Of a stretch of 64,000 nucleotides of DNA, positions 46,318-56,738 are shown piece by piece. The stretch lies in the NCBI GenBank assembly GCA_017505405.1, contig JAFVPI010000060.1:9573-73572 (forward strand), read 5' to 3'. A model generated the notes under the pieces. It ran no database searches. It was not told where the DNA came from and saw only the letters and a list, made by a program, of their open reading frames with translations. This DNA is from Mogibacterium sp. GTDB lineage: Bacteria > Bacillota > Clostridia > Peptostreptococcales > Anaerovoracaceae. Each line of letters starts with the position of its first letter. Within the stretch, counting starts at the first letter, position 1. The translations under genes were made by a program, and so were the position numbers.

Positions 46318-48615
46318 TCATGCAGGTTTTCCCACTGCAGCAAGTATTCCGACTTCGGTCAGGACCTCTCCTACCTTTCTGACGGTCCTGATCTCTATCT
46401 TTTCCTTGACTTCATCAGCCACGTCCTTAAGATCGTATTCATTCTCTTCAGGAATGAACACCTTCGTTATACCTGCCCGCTCTGCCGCCATCAGCTTTTC
46501 AGGAAGTCCTCCTATTGGTGTTACTGCACCTCTCAGGGCTACTTCACCCGTCATCGCTATATGCGGATCGACCACGCAGCCGGTAACCAGTGATGAAAGC
46601 GCGGTGGTCAGTGCTATACCGGCTGAAGGACCATCCTTAGGCACTGCCCCTTCAGGCACATGGATGTGCAGATCGTTTTCACTGAACTTCTCAGCTTTAT
46701 CAGGGAACAGTGTCTTCACAAGGCTTACGGCTATTCTCGCGGATTCCTTCATTACATCACCGAGCTGGCCTGTTATTATGATCTCACCCTTACCCTTGGT
46801 AAACATGGTCTCAATATAAAGTATCTCACCGCCCACAGGTGTCCAGGCCAGGCCAGTAACTACTCCGGCCTTCGGTTCAGGAAGGATCTTGCTGTGCTGA
46901 ACAGGCCTTGCATCAATTTCTTCATCAACCACATCCGCAGTTACCGTGATTTTGCGGTCCGGTTCGCTTGCGACCCTGACTGCCAGAACACGGCAGAGAG
47001 TGTCGATGCGCTTTCTCAGTCCGCGCACTCCGGCTTCCATGGTGTAGTCCGAAATGATCTTTCTGAGAGCATCATCAGTCACTTCCATCATCTGCGGATC
47101 GATGCCCATGGCTTCCATCGACTTCGGAACAAGATGCTCACGCGCTATGGAAAGCTTCTCTATTGGTGTATACCCGCTGAACTGTATGACCTCCATGCGG
47201 TTCAGAAGCGGTTCAGGGATAGTATCCGTCGTGTTGGCAGTGCAGATGAACATCACGTCTGAAAGATCATAAGGAACGTTCATGTAATGATCCGTGAATG
47301 TATTGTTCTGTTCGGGATCCAGCACTTCGAGGAGCGCGCTTGCCGGACTTCCATGATATGATGCTGAAAGCTTGTCGACTTCGTCCAGCACTACCACAGG
47401 ATTTGACACGCCGCTTTTATGGATGCCGTCCATTATGCGGCCCGGCATCGCGCCTATGTAAGTTCTGCGGTGACCTCGAATGTCTGATTCGTCATGGATT
47501 CCGCCCAGACTCACTCTTACATATTCACGCCCCAGAGCCCTTGCTATGCTCTTTCCTATGCTGGTCTTGCCCGTTCCGGGCGCTCCGACAAAGAGGAGGA
47601 TGGATCCGGACTGTTCCTTCTTCAGATTCATTACCGCGATCTGCTGTATGATCCTGTCCTTTACTTTTGTAAGTCCGTAGTGATCCTCATCCAGCACCTC
47701 GCGCGCCTTGTCAAGGTCTATGTGGGAGGCCTCTTCCTTTTTCCATGACAGTCCCGTCACGAAATCAAGATAGTCATAGAGCATGCCGGTTTCAGCGCTC
47801 TGGCTGCCCTCCTGCTTCAGGCGGTTGAGGACTTTCTCAGCCTCCTTCCTTGCAGTTTCGTTCATTCCTGATTCCGCGATCTTCTGCTCAAATTTCCGTA
47901 TGTCCGTCACGTTCTCGGGATGCATCTCATCAAGCTCTTTCTGAAGATGTTCCATCTGGCGCTTTATAGCCTGCTCACGGTACATCCTCTGATGCTCTTC
48001 CTGCTGCGATGTCATCGCCTCGTTGGTGATACGGCCTACCTCCATGAAGCCGTAAAGCGCCTCTTCTATCAGTTCAGCCCTTTTGATGCGGCTGTCCTCG
48101 GCAAGTATCGCGTATCTTTCTGCATTCGGGATATCCATCCACGGGGACATGACGCAGGCGGCTCTTTCCAGTGAATCGATCTGCCTGAGCCAGTATTCCG
48201 CTGAATCCGCCCACTCAAACCCGGATGCAAACCTGCGCATTTCTTCGAGCATGCCGTCAAGCTTCTCCTTCTCAACGCTTCTGCTCATATCGTCTATGTC
48301 GTTCCTTCTGGTAATGGTGAGCCTTATGGCATCATCCGCTCCTATCTCGACATTATCTATATCGACACGGTAAGAAGTGTGAATGACAACATAGCCCTGA
48401 TGGTTTATTTCCTTTATTTCTCCGGCTATTCCGATTGGATAGAAACTCTCCGGAGTCAGATTTCTGTAGCTTTCGTTATCCCTGGCTACAATAAGGACCA
48501 CTCTCTCGCCCACCGCGAGCCCCTTGTCGCCCGCGTTCCTTCGCACCTGATTTATGTTGAAATATATATTCGCGTCAGGCGCGAGTATCATGTTATATAC
48601 AGGTACTACTATCAT
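46318..48615 (-). CDS. lon: ATP-dependent Lon protease (LonA)
   Basis: Walker A GAPGTGKTS and protease Ser context KDGPSAGIALTTAL; 765 aa. Confidence 0.9.
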   Translation of the reverse strand: MIVVPVYNMILAPDANIYFNINQVRRNAGDKGLAVGERVVLIVARDNESYRNLTPESFYPIGIAGEIKEINHQGYVVIHTSYRVDIDNVEIGADDAIRLTITRRNDIDDMSRSVEKEKLDGMLEEMRRFASGFEWADSAEYWLRQIDSLERAACVMSPWMDIPNAERYAILAEDSRIKRAELIEEALYGFMEVGRITNEAMTSQQEEHQRMYREQAIKRQMEHLQKELDEMHPENVTDIRKFEQKIAESGMNETARKEAEKVLNRLKQEGSQSAETGMLYDYLDFVTGLSWKKEEASHIDLDKAREVLDEDHYGLTKVKDRIIQQIAVMNLKKEQSGSILLFVGAPGTGKTSIGKSIARALGREYVRVSLGGIHDESDIRGHRRTYIGAMPGRIMDGIHKSGVSNPVVVLDEVDKLSASYHGSPASALLEVLDPEQNNTFTDHYMNVPYDLSDVMFICTANTTDTIPEPLLNRMEVIQFSGYTPIEKLSIAREHLVPKSMEAMGIDPQMMEVTDDALRKIISDYTMEAGVRGLRKRIDTLCRVLAVRVASEPDRKITVTADVVDEEIDARPVQHSKILPEPKAGVVTGLAWTPVGGEILYIETMFTKGKGEIIITGQLGDVMKESARIAVSLVKTLFPDKAEKFSENDLHIHVPEGAVPKDGPSAGIALTTALSSLVTGCVVDPHIAMTGEVALRGAVTPIGGLPEKLMAAERAGITKVFIPEENEYDLKDVADEVKEKIEIRTVRKVGEVLTEVGILAAVGKPA

Positions 48616-48644
48616 TTTTTCTCCTTTTTTGACCCTTTTTTTGT

Positions 48645-48680
48645 ATAAGAATGGCGCATCACAGAGATTTGCGATGCGCC
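48645..48680 (-). terminator. Possible terminator after dnaJ
   Basis: 8-bp stem GGCGCAUC / GAUGCGCC; the U tract is weak. Confidence 0.4.
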
Positions 48681-48703
48681 TCGTCTGTAATTTGTATTTC
48701 CGG

Positions 48704-49861
48704 TCAGAATTTCAGCTTGCTGAACCTTTCCTTCTTTGGATAAGCTTCGTGTCCGATCTTTCCGGCCATTTCTTCGATGGCCTTCTTCTCCTTGCGGTTC
48801 AGATGTGTAGGGACTTCAACTATGACCTTCACGTACAGATCGCCCTTGCGGCCTGTCCTTACGTTAGGAACGCCCTTTCCCTTAAGTCTGAACGATGACC
48901 CGGTCTGTGTTCCCGGCGTGATCGTATAGCTGTAACTCTCTCCGAAGCCCGGCACCTGCACTTTCCCTCCGAGCGCCGCCACATCGAATGTGATAGGCAT
49001 GTCGAGGTAAAGGTCGTCTCCTCTCCTCTTGTAAGTGCTGTGCGGTCTTACGTTTACCACGATGTAGAGATCGCCGTCCGGTCCGCCGTTGACGCCCGGC
49101 TCGCCCTGACCTCTTACGGTCACGATGCTGTCCGTATCGACTCCTGCAGGAATGTCGACTTTGATCTTTACAGTCTTGCGGTTGACTCCCGTGCCTCCGC
49201 AGTCTGTGCAAGGAGTCTCTATCATCTGCCCTGTGCCTCCGCACTTAGGGCAGGATGTAATATTCTGGAATCTTCCGAAAGGCGTATTGCTTACCTGTGA
49301 TATCTGGCCGCTTCCGCCGCACTGATCGCAGGTCTTCTTGCCCGTACCCGGCTTGGATCCGCTTCCGCCGCAGGTCTTGCACTTGACATTCTTTGTTATC
49401 TCGATCTGCTTGCTGCATCCGAAGAGAGCATCTGTAAAGTCGATAGTGATCGTCTTCTGAAGATCTCTGCCTTTCTGAGGACCGCCTCTTCTGGAGCGTC
49501 TGCCGGTGCCGCCCATGCCTCCGAACATATCGAATATGTCATCGAAGTTCATGCCGGCTCCTCCGAATCCGCCGCCGAAGTTGCCGAATCCGCCGAATCC
49601 GCCGAATCCGCCCTGGCCTGCTCCGAAGTTAGGATCTACGCCCGCAAATCCGAATCTGTCATATTTGTCCTTTTTATCGGGATCCGAGAGAACTTCATAG
49701 GCTTCATTGGCTTCCTTGAACTTCTCCTCCGCCTCCTTGTCACCGGGATTTTTGTCAGGGTGATACTTCATGGCGAGCTTATGATATGCCTTTTTTATCT
49801 CAGCCTCTGATGATCCCTTGTTGACCCCGAGGACCTCGTAATAATCCCTTTTATCTGCCAT
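48704..49861 (-). CDS. dnaJ: Molecular chaperone DnaJ
   Basis: J domain with HPDKNP, a G/F region and four CxxCxGxG repeats. Confidence 0.95.
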   Translation of the reverse strand: MADKRDYYEVLGVNKGSSEAEIKKAYHKLAMKYHPDKNPGDKEAEEKFKEANEAYEVLSDPDKKDKYDRFGFAGVDPNFGAGQGGFGGFGGFGNFGGGFGGAGMNFDDIFDMFGGMGGTGRRSRRGGPQKGRDLQKTITIDFTDALFGCSKQIEITKNVKCKTCGGSGSKPGTGKKTCDQCGGSGQISQVSNTPFGRFQNITSCPKCGGTGQMIETPCTDCGGTGVNRKTVKIKVDIPAGVDTDSIVTVRGQGEPGVNGGPDGDLYIVVNVRPHSTYKRRGDDLYLDMPITFDVAALGGKVQVPGFGESYSYTITPGTQTGSSFRLKGKGVPNVRTGRKGDLYVKVIVEVPTHLNRKEKKAIEEMAGKIGHEAYPKKERFSKLKF

Positions 49862-49899
49862 ATAGGTAATTACCTTTCATAATTATTCTTTATGAGCTT

Positions 49900-49970
49900 C
49901 AAAAACTCATTCCCGGGAGCACGGCTCTCATCTCATGATCTGTGATGCGCCGGACTCCCGTTCACGAGTT
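49900..49970 (-). terminator. Long imperfect hairpin followed by a U tract between dnaK and dnaJ (candidate partial terminator or processing site)
   Basis: Minus strand reads AACUCGUGAACGGGAGUCCGGC...GCCGUGCUCCCGGGAAUGAGUU followed by UUUGAAG. Confidence 0.5.
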
Positions 49971-49986
49971 CTGAATTTCTTCGGTA

Positions 49987-51888
49987 TTAGTCGTCTACGA
50001 CCTCGTAGTCAGCATCTACAGTACCGTCGTTAGGTGCTGAGCTGCCGCCCATGTTGCCAGGGTTGAAGCCTGCGCCGCCCATGTTGTTAGGATCAAATCC
50101 GCCCATGTTAGGGTTGAATCCCTGTCCGCCGGCAGCTCCCTGCTGTGCAGCCTGAGCCTCCTGATAGATCCTTGTTGAGATCGGATAGAATGCGTTGGTG
50201 AGCGCTTCCATCTTTGCCTTCATGTCGTCTACATTACCTGCATCAACAGCCTTCTGGAGCTCATCCTTTGCAGCCTCTACTGCTGCCTTCTCGGAATCGG
50301 TAACCTTGTCGCCGAGTTCCTTGAGCTGCTTCTCGATCTCGAAGATCATTCCTTCGGACTGGTTCTTTGTCTCAACTGTCTCTTTCTGCTTCTTATCCTG
50401 CTCTGCGAACTGCTCTGCCTCTTTGATCTTTGCATTGATCTCTTCTTCAGACAGCTTTGTTGAGGATGTGATAGTGATCTTCTGCTCCTTGCCGGTAGCC
50501 ATATCCTTGGCGCTTACGTTTACGATACCGTTAGCGTCGATGTCGAATGTGACCTCGATCTGCGGGATCCCGCGAGGAGCCGGTGCGATGCCGCTGAGCT
50601 GGAATCTGCCGAGTGTGATGTTGCCGGCAGCCATTTCTCTTTCACCCTGCATTACGTGGATGTCAACTGCAGTCTGGTTGTCTGCCGCTGTTGAGAAGAT
50701 CTGGCTCTTCTTTGTAGGGATAGTTGTGTTTCTCTCGATGAGTTTTGTAGCAACTCCGCCGAGTGTCTCGATGGACAGTGACAGCGGTGTTACGTCGAGA
50801 AGCAGGATGTCATTGACTTCGCCTGTAAGTACGCCCGCCTGGATAGCAGCTCCGATAGCTACGCACTCATCAGGGTTGATGCCCTTGAACGGCTCCTTGC
50901 CTGTTACGCTTCTTACGGCTTCCTGAACAGCCGGGATCCTTGTGGATCCGCCTACCAGGATGACCTTCTCGAGGTCAGCTGATGTAACGCCTGCGTCCTT
51001 CATTGCCTTGTGCATCGGCTCGATAGTTCTGTCCACGAGGTGCTTTGTCAGCTGCTCGAATCTTGCTCTTGTTACATCCATATCCATGTGGAGAGGACCG
51101 TTTGCGTTTGCAGCGATGAACGGCAGGCTGACCTTTGTGGTCTGAGCTGTCGAGAGCTCCTTCTTTGCCTTTTCAGCAGCCTCTTTGAGTCTCTGGAGAG
51201 CCATCTTGTCCTGTCTGAGGTCGATGCCGTTCTCCTTCTGGAAGCTGTCTGCCAGGAAGTTCATCAGAGCGTTGTCGAAGTCATCTCCGCCGAGGTGTGT
51301 ATCGCCGTTTGTAGCGAGTACTTCAAATACTCCGTCGCCGAGCTCGAGTACGGATACATCGAATGTGCCGCCGCCCAGGTCATAAACCAGGATCTTGTGG
51401 CTTCCTGTGTCCTTATCGAGTCCGTATGCCAGTGATGCAGCTGTAGGCTCGTTGATGATCCTCTTTACTTCGAGGCCGGCGATCTTGCCTGCATCCTTTG
51501 TAGCCTGCTTCTGAGCATCGCTGAAGTAAGCAGGAACTGTGATTACAGCCTCTGTGACCTTCTCGCCGAGATATGCTTCTGCGTCAGCTTTCAGCTTCTG
51601 CAGGATCATTGCGGAGATGTCCTGCGGTGTGTAGTCCTTGCCGCGGAGATTTACTGTGTAGTTCTCGCCCATGTGCCTCTTGATCGAAGCTACTGTTCCT
51701 TCAGGCTCTGTGATCGCGATTCTCTTTGCCGTCTCTCCGACGAGTCTCTCGCCGCTCTTTGTGAAAGATACTACCGAAGGAGTTGTTCTCATACCTTCGG
51801 AGTTTGTGATAACTGTAGGCTCGCCGCCTTCAAGTACTGCTACGCAGCTGTTGGTGGTGCCCAGATCGATTCCTATAACTTTGCTCAT
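49987..51888 (-). CDS. dnaK: Molecular chaperone DnaK
   Basis: N-terminus [14 protein letters not shown]; 633 aa. Confidence 0.97.
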   Translation of the reverse strand: MSKVIGIDLGTTNSCVAVLEGGEPTVITNSEGMRTTPSVVSFTKSGERLVGETAKRIAITEPEGTVASIKRHMGENYTVNLRGKDYTPQDISAMILQKLKADAEAYLGEKVTEAVITVPAYFSDAQKQATKDAGKIAGLEVKRIINEPTAASLAYGLDKDTGSHKILVYDLGGGTFDVSVLELGDGVFEVLATNGDTHLGGDDFDNALMNFLADSFQKENGIDLRQDKMALQRLKEAAEKAKKELSTAQTTKVSLPFIAANANGPLHMDMDVTRARFEQLTKHLVDRTIEPMHKAMKDAGVTSADLEKVILVGGSTRIPAVQEAVRSVTGKEPFKGINPDECVAIGAAIQAGVLTGEVNDILLLDVTPLSLSIETLGGVATKLIERNTTIPTKKSQIFSTAADNQTAVDIHVMQGEREMAAGNITLGRFQLSGIAPAPRGIPQIEVTFDIDANGIVNVSAKDMATGKEQKITITSSTKLSEEEINAKIKEAEQFAEQDKKQKETVETKNQSEGMIFEIEKQLKELGDKVTDSEKAAVEAAKDELQKAVDAGNVDDMKAKMEALTNAFYPISTRIYQEAQAAQQGAAGGQGFNPNMGGFDPNNMGGAGFNPGNMGGSSAPNDGTVDADYEVVDD

Positions 51889-51918
51889 TGTATTTCCTCC
51901 TCTAAATGAATAGATTTA

Positions 51919-52515
51919 TTAACTCTTTTTATTAACCGCTACCATGGATGGTCTGATCACTTTGTCCTTGAGCTTATAGCCCTTCTGCAGGACATTAGTA
52001 ACGGTGCCGTCCTCTTTATCTTCAAGGCACTCTGTCATCACGGCGTTATGCACATTCGGATCGAATGCCTCGTCCTTCGCTTTGATCTCCTCGAGGCCTG
52101 CGTTCTCGAGAGCTTTCTTAAGCTGTTCGAATATGAGCTGCATACCCTTTGCATAGGCTTCCGGATCGCCGCCTTCTGTATCAAGCGCTCTTTCAAAATT
52201 GTCGAGCACCGGCAGAAGCTCTCCGACTATCTTCTCATTCGCGTATGCGTGGATATCCGATTTCTCTCTGGCGACTCTTCTCTTGAAGTTCTGGAACTCG
52301 GCCATCAGCCTCATATATCGCTCGGATTCAGCTTCCTCAGCTTTCTTCGCTTCTTCTTCGGCTTTATTTGCCTCGTCTTCCTTTGGAGCTTCTTCCTTTT
52401 CTGCCTCTTCAGCAGCCTCGCCTTCAGCTTTCTCTTCGGCTTCCTCAGCCTTTACTTCTTCAGCTTCATCCGCTCCGTCCTCGATCGGGATCTGATTCTT
52501 CTTGTCTTCTGACAT
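51919..52515 (-). CDS. grpE: Nucleotide exchange factor GrpE
   Basis: Acidic N-terminal region, then RLMAEFQNFKRR. Confidence 0.92.
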   Translation of the reverse strand: MSEDKKNQIPIEDGADEAEEVKAEEAEEKAEGEAAEEAEKEEAPKEDEANKAEEEAKKAEEAESERYMRLMAEFQNFKRRVAREKSDIHAYANEKIVGELLPVLDNFERALDTEGGDPEAYAKGMQLIFEQLKKALENAGLEEIKAKDEAFDPNVHNAVMTECLEDKEDGTVTNVLQKGYKLKDKVIRPSMVAVNKKS

Positions 52516-52548
52516 CAGTAATATTTCCTTTCATGCGGTTATTTGTTT

Positions 52549-53613
52549 CTATTTCTTCTGCTTCTTGTCGCCGGCGTTTCCGTCACCGGTGCTTCCCGGA
52601 AGCCTGAAGCTCTCACTGAGGTTGTTAGTGAGATATTCCATGATGGACGTTATCTCGTCATATTTCATTCTCGTCGGTCCTATGACTCCGATCTTGCCGA
52701 CGAGTTTGCCGTCCACGTGGTATGTAGCTGTGATCAGCGTACAGTCTTTCATTGTGTCGTTCTCATCACCTATGGTGACCACGACTCCGTTATCACGGGC
52801 GAGCATCTTCTGTGTGAACCAGTCCTTGCGGGCGAAGAGTTCCATGAAGTCTCTCGCGCGGTCTATGCTTGTGTACTCAGGCAGGTTGAAGATGTTCGTC
52901 ATGCCTTCCATATACAGATTGACGTTCAGCATGTCTTCAAGAGTCCTGAGGAAGCCTGGCATTACGCTGCCTTTCAGCGAACTCAGAGCTTCGATGTCTG
53001 AGCCGACGTCATGTATGATCTCGCTCTTCAGAACATCATCGAGTGTGCGGCCTTTGTAGCTGACAGTCATATTCTTGCTGAGAAGATCGAGCGCCTCCTG
53101 AGTATATGGTACGGTAAGTCTCAGTGTTGTGTTTGTGATCTGCCCGCCCTCGCTCACTATCATCAGAATGAGGGTGCGCTCATCGACAGGCAGCAGCTTT
53201 ATGAAACTTATCGTTTCTTCGTTGGTAGCAGGCGTCATCGCAAACGATGCCAGATGCGTGATCTCCGAGAGAAGCTCCGCAGCATGTCTGATGGTCCTGT
53301 CGAACTCATCCCTGCTCGCGGAAAGTCTGTCATTGATCATGCGCTTGTCCTTTGCGCTGAGGTTCTTCTTTTTCATCAGCTCATTTACATACAGCCTGTA
53401 CGCCTTGTCCGAAGGAACTCTGCCTGCTGATGTGTGCGGATGAGTCAGATAACCCATCTCCTCAAGATCTGACATCTCATTTCTTATAGTCGCAGGGCTG
53501 ACACCAAGGTCATATTTCTTTGCGATCGATCTTGAACCGACCGGCTCGGCGTTCTCCACATAATCTGTTATGATCGCCTGCAGTATCTGTAATTGTCTTT
53601 CGCTCAGATCCAT
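52549..53613 (-). CDS. hrcA: Heat-inducible transcription repressor HrcA
   Basis: N-terminus MDLSERQLQILQAIITDYV..PVGSRSIAKKY. ATG at 53613 preceded by AGGGAGGAAGG. The longer track ORF would overlap CIRCE. Confidence 0.9.
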   Translation of the reverse strand: MDLSERQLQILQAIITDYVENAEPVGSRSIAKKYDLGVSPATIRNEMSDLEEMGYLTHPHTSAGRVPSDKAYRLYVNELMKKKNLSAKDKRMINDRLSASRDEFDRTIRHAAELLSEITHLASFAMTPATNEETISFIKLLPVDERTLILMIVSEGGQITNTTLRLTVPYTQEALDLLSKNMTVSYKGRTLDDVLKSEIIHDVGSDIEALSSLKGSVMPGFLRTLEDMLNVNLYMEGMTNIFNLPEYTSIDRARDFMELFARKDWFTQKMLARDNGVVVTIGDENDTMKDCTLITATYHVDGKLVGKIGVIGPTRMKYDEITSIMEYLTNNLSESFRLPGSTGDGNAGDKKQKK

Positions 53614-53644
53614 GTCCTTCCTCCCTGAATTTGTTTTCGTTTTG

Positions 53645-53671
53645 TTAGCACTCATTAAACGAGAGTGCTAA
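53645..53671. promoter_or_regulatory. CIRCE operator (HrcA binding site)
   Basis: Perfect TTAGCACTC-N9-GAGTGCTAA. Confidence 0.9.
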
Positions 53672-53682
53672 TTGCTATGCAT

Positions 53683-53711
53683 AATATACTCGCACAAAAC
53701 CCTGTTGTCAA
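53683..53711 (-). promoter_or_regulatory. Sigma-A promoter of the hrcA operon
   Basis: TTGACA, a 17-bp spacer, then TATATT on the minus strand, immediately upstream of CIRCE. Confidence 0.6.
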
Positions 53712-53736
53712 TAGATTTTCGATACTTTTTTGTCAA

Positions 53737-53760
53737 TAAAAAAAGCGCCCGCAGGCGCTG
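53737..53760 (-). terminator. Rho-independent terminator after the esterase gene
   Basis: AGCGCC-UGCG-GGCGCU followed by UUUUUUUA on the minus strand. Confidence 0.65.
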
Positions 53761-53766
53761 AATTTA

Positions 53767-54501
53767 TCACGGCTGGCCGAGTATATTGCTCATGAAATAC
53801 GGGAGCTGTTTCTTCCACCAAGGCCAGTCATGATTGACATCATAGCCCCAGTAATCAGCCCAGTGAGGAATGCCCTTTGATTCGAATGCCTCATGCAGCT
53901 TCTGCAGGTCGACCCTCATCTCGTCTTCCCATGCGCCCTGTCCGCAGCAGAAGATAATGCTGCTCTGTCTATAGAGATCCATCCATGGATGATGCTCAGG
54001 CATGTTAGGAATAAACTCTATCGGTGAATTTGCATATGTGAGGTCATCCTTGTATCCATGGAAGAAGTAATTGGTATCATAGAGGCCGCTCATGGAAATG
54101 ACTCCGCCGAAAAGGTCCGGACGGCGGCAGAAGAAATTCATGGCGTGGGTAGCGCCCATGCTGCAGCCCGTTGTGATAGCGCGCTCGTCTCCGAGATACT
54201 GAGGCACGAGCTCATCACATACATACCTGAACCATCTCTCCTGAAGTTCAAGTCTTTCGCGTTCATTACGGCCCTCTGCCGACCATGTTTCCTCATCTAT
54301 ACTGTCAACACAGAGAACTCTGAGCTTGCCCGCCTCAATCCACGGCGCGATGGTATCGATCATTCCGAAATTGCGGAAGTCATATGTATGACCGTTCTGC
54401 GGTCCGAAAGCCACGCAGAGTCTGCCGCTGTCTCCGAAGACCGCGTGCTCCATTTCTCTGTCCATTATCCAGCTGTACTCTTTCTTGTAGTAATCGTTCA
54501 T
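53767..54501 (-). CDS. Esterase-family alpha/beta hydrolase
   Basis: Nucleophile elbow GCSMGA; 244 aa. Confidence 0.7.
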   Translation of the reverse strand: MNDYYKKEYSWIMDREMEHAVFGDSGRLCVAFGPQNGHTYDFRNFGMIDTIAPWIEAGKLRVLCVDSIDEETWSAEGRNERERLELQERWFRYVCDELVPQYLGDERAITTGCSMGATHAMNFFCRRPDLFGGVISMSGLYDTNYFFHGYKDDLTYANSPIEFIPNMPEHHPWMDLYRQSSIIFCCGQGAWEDEMRVDLQKLHEAFESKGIPHWADYWGYDVNHDWPWWKKQLPYFMSNILGQP

Positions 54502-54528
54502 TCTTAGTTATCCCTTCTTTGTTAGTTA

Positions 54529-55722
54529 TTATGCACGTTCCAAAATGAATTCATTGAACTCTTCTACCTCTTCAAATGTTTTGAAGACAGCAGTGTAGAA
54601 CTGATTGCCCATGGCTCCGGACAGTACGTCAGGCATGCGTTCGCACATCTTCATGCAGTGTCCGTATTTTTTCAGCACGTCTTCATGGCTGTGCTTATAC
54701 TGATGGATGTCCTTTCTGGATGCATATGCGCAGTACTGATCTCCTCCGATGTCAGGCAGGCGGCGCTCATTATATGCGACCATTTCAGCCCATATCTCGT
54801 ATACATCAGTATTGTGCGCATAATCCATCATATCCGGCGTATATCCGCCTGCAGGTCTCATGTTTACCTCAAGACCTACAAAATCTCCGACTTCGCCCAG
54901 GTTCTTTCTGGCCTGCGTGAGGCGGAAGAACTCGAAATGCACAAATCTGCTTCTTACCTTGAAGGCCTTGATCGTTGCGCGTCCGTATCTGCGCAGCTGC
55001 TCAGGCACCTCAGGTGTGGTGTAATACGTAAGCTCGAGTCCCTTGTTTACAAGATCCGCGATCGATGGCGGGAACCAGTTGGAGCTCTCGAAGAGCACCT
55101 CTCCCTGCGCGTTTACGATCGCATCGTATGAATAAATATATCCGTACACGAATTCTTCCATTACATACGGATGCTCAGGCAGATTGTTATAGAACCACTC
55201 AAGGTCAGCATCGTTCTCAAGCTTCCAGGTATCTGCCGCGCCGACTCCGATGTCCGGCTTTACAATGACCGGGAAACCTCCGATCTCATCAAGGAACTCA
55301 CGCGCTGCTTCTATAGTGCTTACCTTGTGGTTGCGCGCAGTCGGAACTCCGGCTTCCTTATAGAAAGGCTTCATTGCGGACTTGCTCTTCCACATCGCGA
55401 GCTCCTCAGGCTGAACGCCTGAAGCGATATTGAAATCCTTTCTGAGTTTCGCGTCCTGCTCAAGCCAGTACTCTGTATTGGATTCGAGCCAGTCTATTTT
55501 GCCGTGCTTAAATGCAAAATAGGCGACCGCGCGGTACATCTGGTCGTAATCCTCCATGTTGTCGACCTTATAGTATTCTGTCAGAGCCGCCTTCAGAGGC
55601 TCTTCAAGCGCATCATAAGGACAATCTCCTATTCCCAGTACATTTATGCCGTTCCTTTTCAGTCTGTCGCAGAACTGCCAGTAAGTGTGTGGAAAATTCG
55701 GTGATACAAAGATGAAGTTCAT
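54529..55722 (-). CDS. ATP-grasp domain protein (carboxylate-amine ligase-like), substrate unknown
   Basis: GFPVIVKPDIGVGAADTWK and EEFVYG fit an ATP-grasp pattern; 397 aa. Confidence 0.7.
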   Translation of the reverse strand: MNFIFVSPNFPHTYWQFCDRLKRNGINVLGIGDCPYDALEEPLKAALTEYYKVDNMEDYDQMYRAVAYFAFKHGKIDWLESNTEYWLEQDAKLRKDFNIASGVQPEELAMWKSKSAMKPFYKEAGVPTARNHKVSTIEAAREFLDEIGGFPVIVKPDIGVGAADTWKLENDADLEWFYNNLPEHPYVMEEFVYGYIYSYDAIVNAQGEVLFESSNWFPPSIADLVNKGLELTYYTTPEVPEQLRRYGRATIKAFKVRSRFVHFEFFRLTQARKNLGEVGDFVGLEVNMRPAGGYTPDMMDYAHNTDVYEIWAEMVAYNERRLPDIGGDQYCAYASRKDIHQYKHSHEDVLKKYGHCMKMCERMPDVLSGAMGNQFYTAVFKTFEEVEEFNEFILERA

Positions 55723-55740
55723 TGTTCCCTTTCCCTTTCT

Positions 55741-56505
55741 TTATTTATCTCTCCGGCCGGCAATGTAATACGGCACTGCAACGAACAGAGCCCCGCCGGC
55801 TATATTGCCTAAAGTAACTATCGCAAGGTTATATATGAAGCCCCCCGCAGTGACTGCCTCATGGACAGGCTGCAGAAGAGCGACCGTGAACAGTGTCATG
55901 TTGGCTATGCTGTGCTCGAACCCCGTTGTGATAAACGCGAAGAGGCACCAGAATATCATGATGAGCTTGCCCGAGTCGGAACTTGCCCTGCCGGCGCACC
56001 ATACAGCGAGGCAAACAAGGAAGTTGCACAGTATGCCTCTTGCGAAGAGCGCAGCTGCCCCTGCCCCCATCTTTGCGCCTGCCGCTGATACGATGAATTC
56101 AGCTACCGGCCCGGTGCAGAGTCCTGTCAGATGATAGATGGACCCGAGAAGTATTCCTCCTGCAAGATTGCCCAGCCAGCATATGCACCATAGTTTAAGA
56201 GCATCCTTCCAGGTGACCTTTTTATCCAGCAACCCGGCTGCCATGGCAAGGTTGTTGCCCGTAAAGAGCTCAGCTCCGGCCATGACCACAAGACTCAGGG
56301 CAACTCCGAACGTGAGCCCCATCACTATCCTCGCATAAGGAAGTCCCGTCAGCAGGCCGCCCGATGTGAACGCCAGAAGCACGCCTATCCCAATATACGC
56401 ACCGGCCAGCATCGACACCACGAAGTATGCAAGCGGATCCTTATTCATGAAAGCGACCTTCGCGGCTGCACCGTCGGAAGTCCTGGTATAGTCGTTTCTG
56501 AACAT
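55741..56505 (-). CDS. Formate/nitrite transporter family protein
   Basis: Six-TM FNT pattern with AGAELFTGN and GFEHSIANM. Confidence 0.85.
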   Translation of the reverse strand: MFRNDYTRTSDGAAAKVAFMNKDPLAYFVVSMLAGAYIGIGVLLAFTSGGLLTGLPYARIVMGLTFGVALSLVVMAGAELFTGNNLAMAAGLLDKKVTWKDALKLWCICWLGNLAGGILLGSIYHLTGLCTGPVAEFIVSAAGAKMGAGAAALFARGILCNFLVCLAVWCAGRASSDSGKLIMIFWCLFAFITTGFEHSIANMTLFTVALLQPVHEAVTAGGFIYNLAIVTLGNIAGGALFVAVPYYIAGRRDK

Positions 56506-56562
56506 TTTTGTCTCTCTTTTTTATTATATGCCGTTTATTATACCCGTATTTGTGCCTTTTAA

Positions 56563-56592
56563 CAATAAAAATGACGGGACTTTGTCATCCCG
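56563..56592 (-). terminator. Terminator after tRNA-Val
   Basis: CGGGA-UGACAAAG-UCCCG followed by UCAUUUUUAUU on the minus strand. Confidence 0.5.
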
Positions 56593-56598
56593 CCCACG

Positions 56599-56674
56599 TG
56601 GTGGCCCATATTGGACTTGAACCAATGACCTACAGGTTGTCACCCTGTCGCTCTCCCAACTGAGCTAATGGACC
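56599..56674 (-). tRNA. tRNA-Val (anticodon GAC)
   Basis: Minus strand GGTCCATTAGCTCAGTTGGGAGAGCGACAGGGTGACAACCTGTAGGTCATTGGTTCAAGTCCAATATGGGCCACCA folds as a cloverleaf with a 7-bp acceptor stem, anticodon stem ACAGG/CCTGT, loop GU-GAC-AA and an encoded CCA. Confidence 0.9.
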
Positions 56675-56738
56675 ACATCGCTATACTCAACGAAGTTATT
56701 ATAGCGAAGAACAGCTGCGATTTCCACCCCTTTTTTTA

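Noticed and set aside
48653-48665. The 13-mer GGCGCATCACAGA shared, in inverted orientation, with 49939-49951 in the dnaJ-flanking spacers
   Set aside because: By my estimate, tens of 13-mer coincidences are expected among all position pairs in 64 kb, and there is no extended similarity around them.
53614-53655. N-terminal extension of the hrcA ORF
   Set aside because: It would start inside the CIRCE operator. The ATG at 53613 has a strong RBS and gives the canonical HrcA N-terminus.
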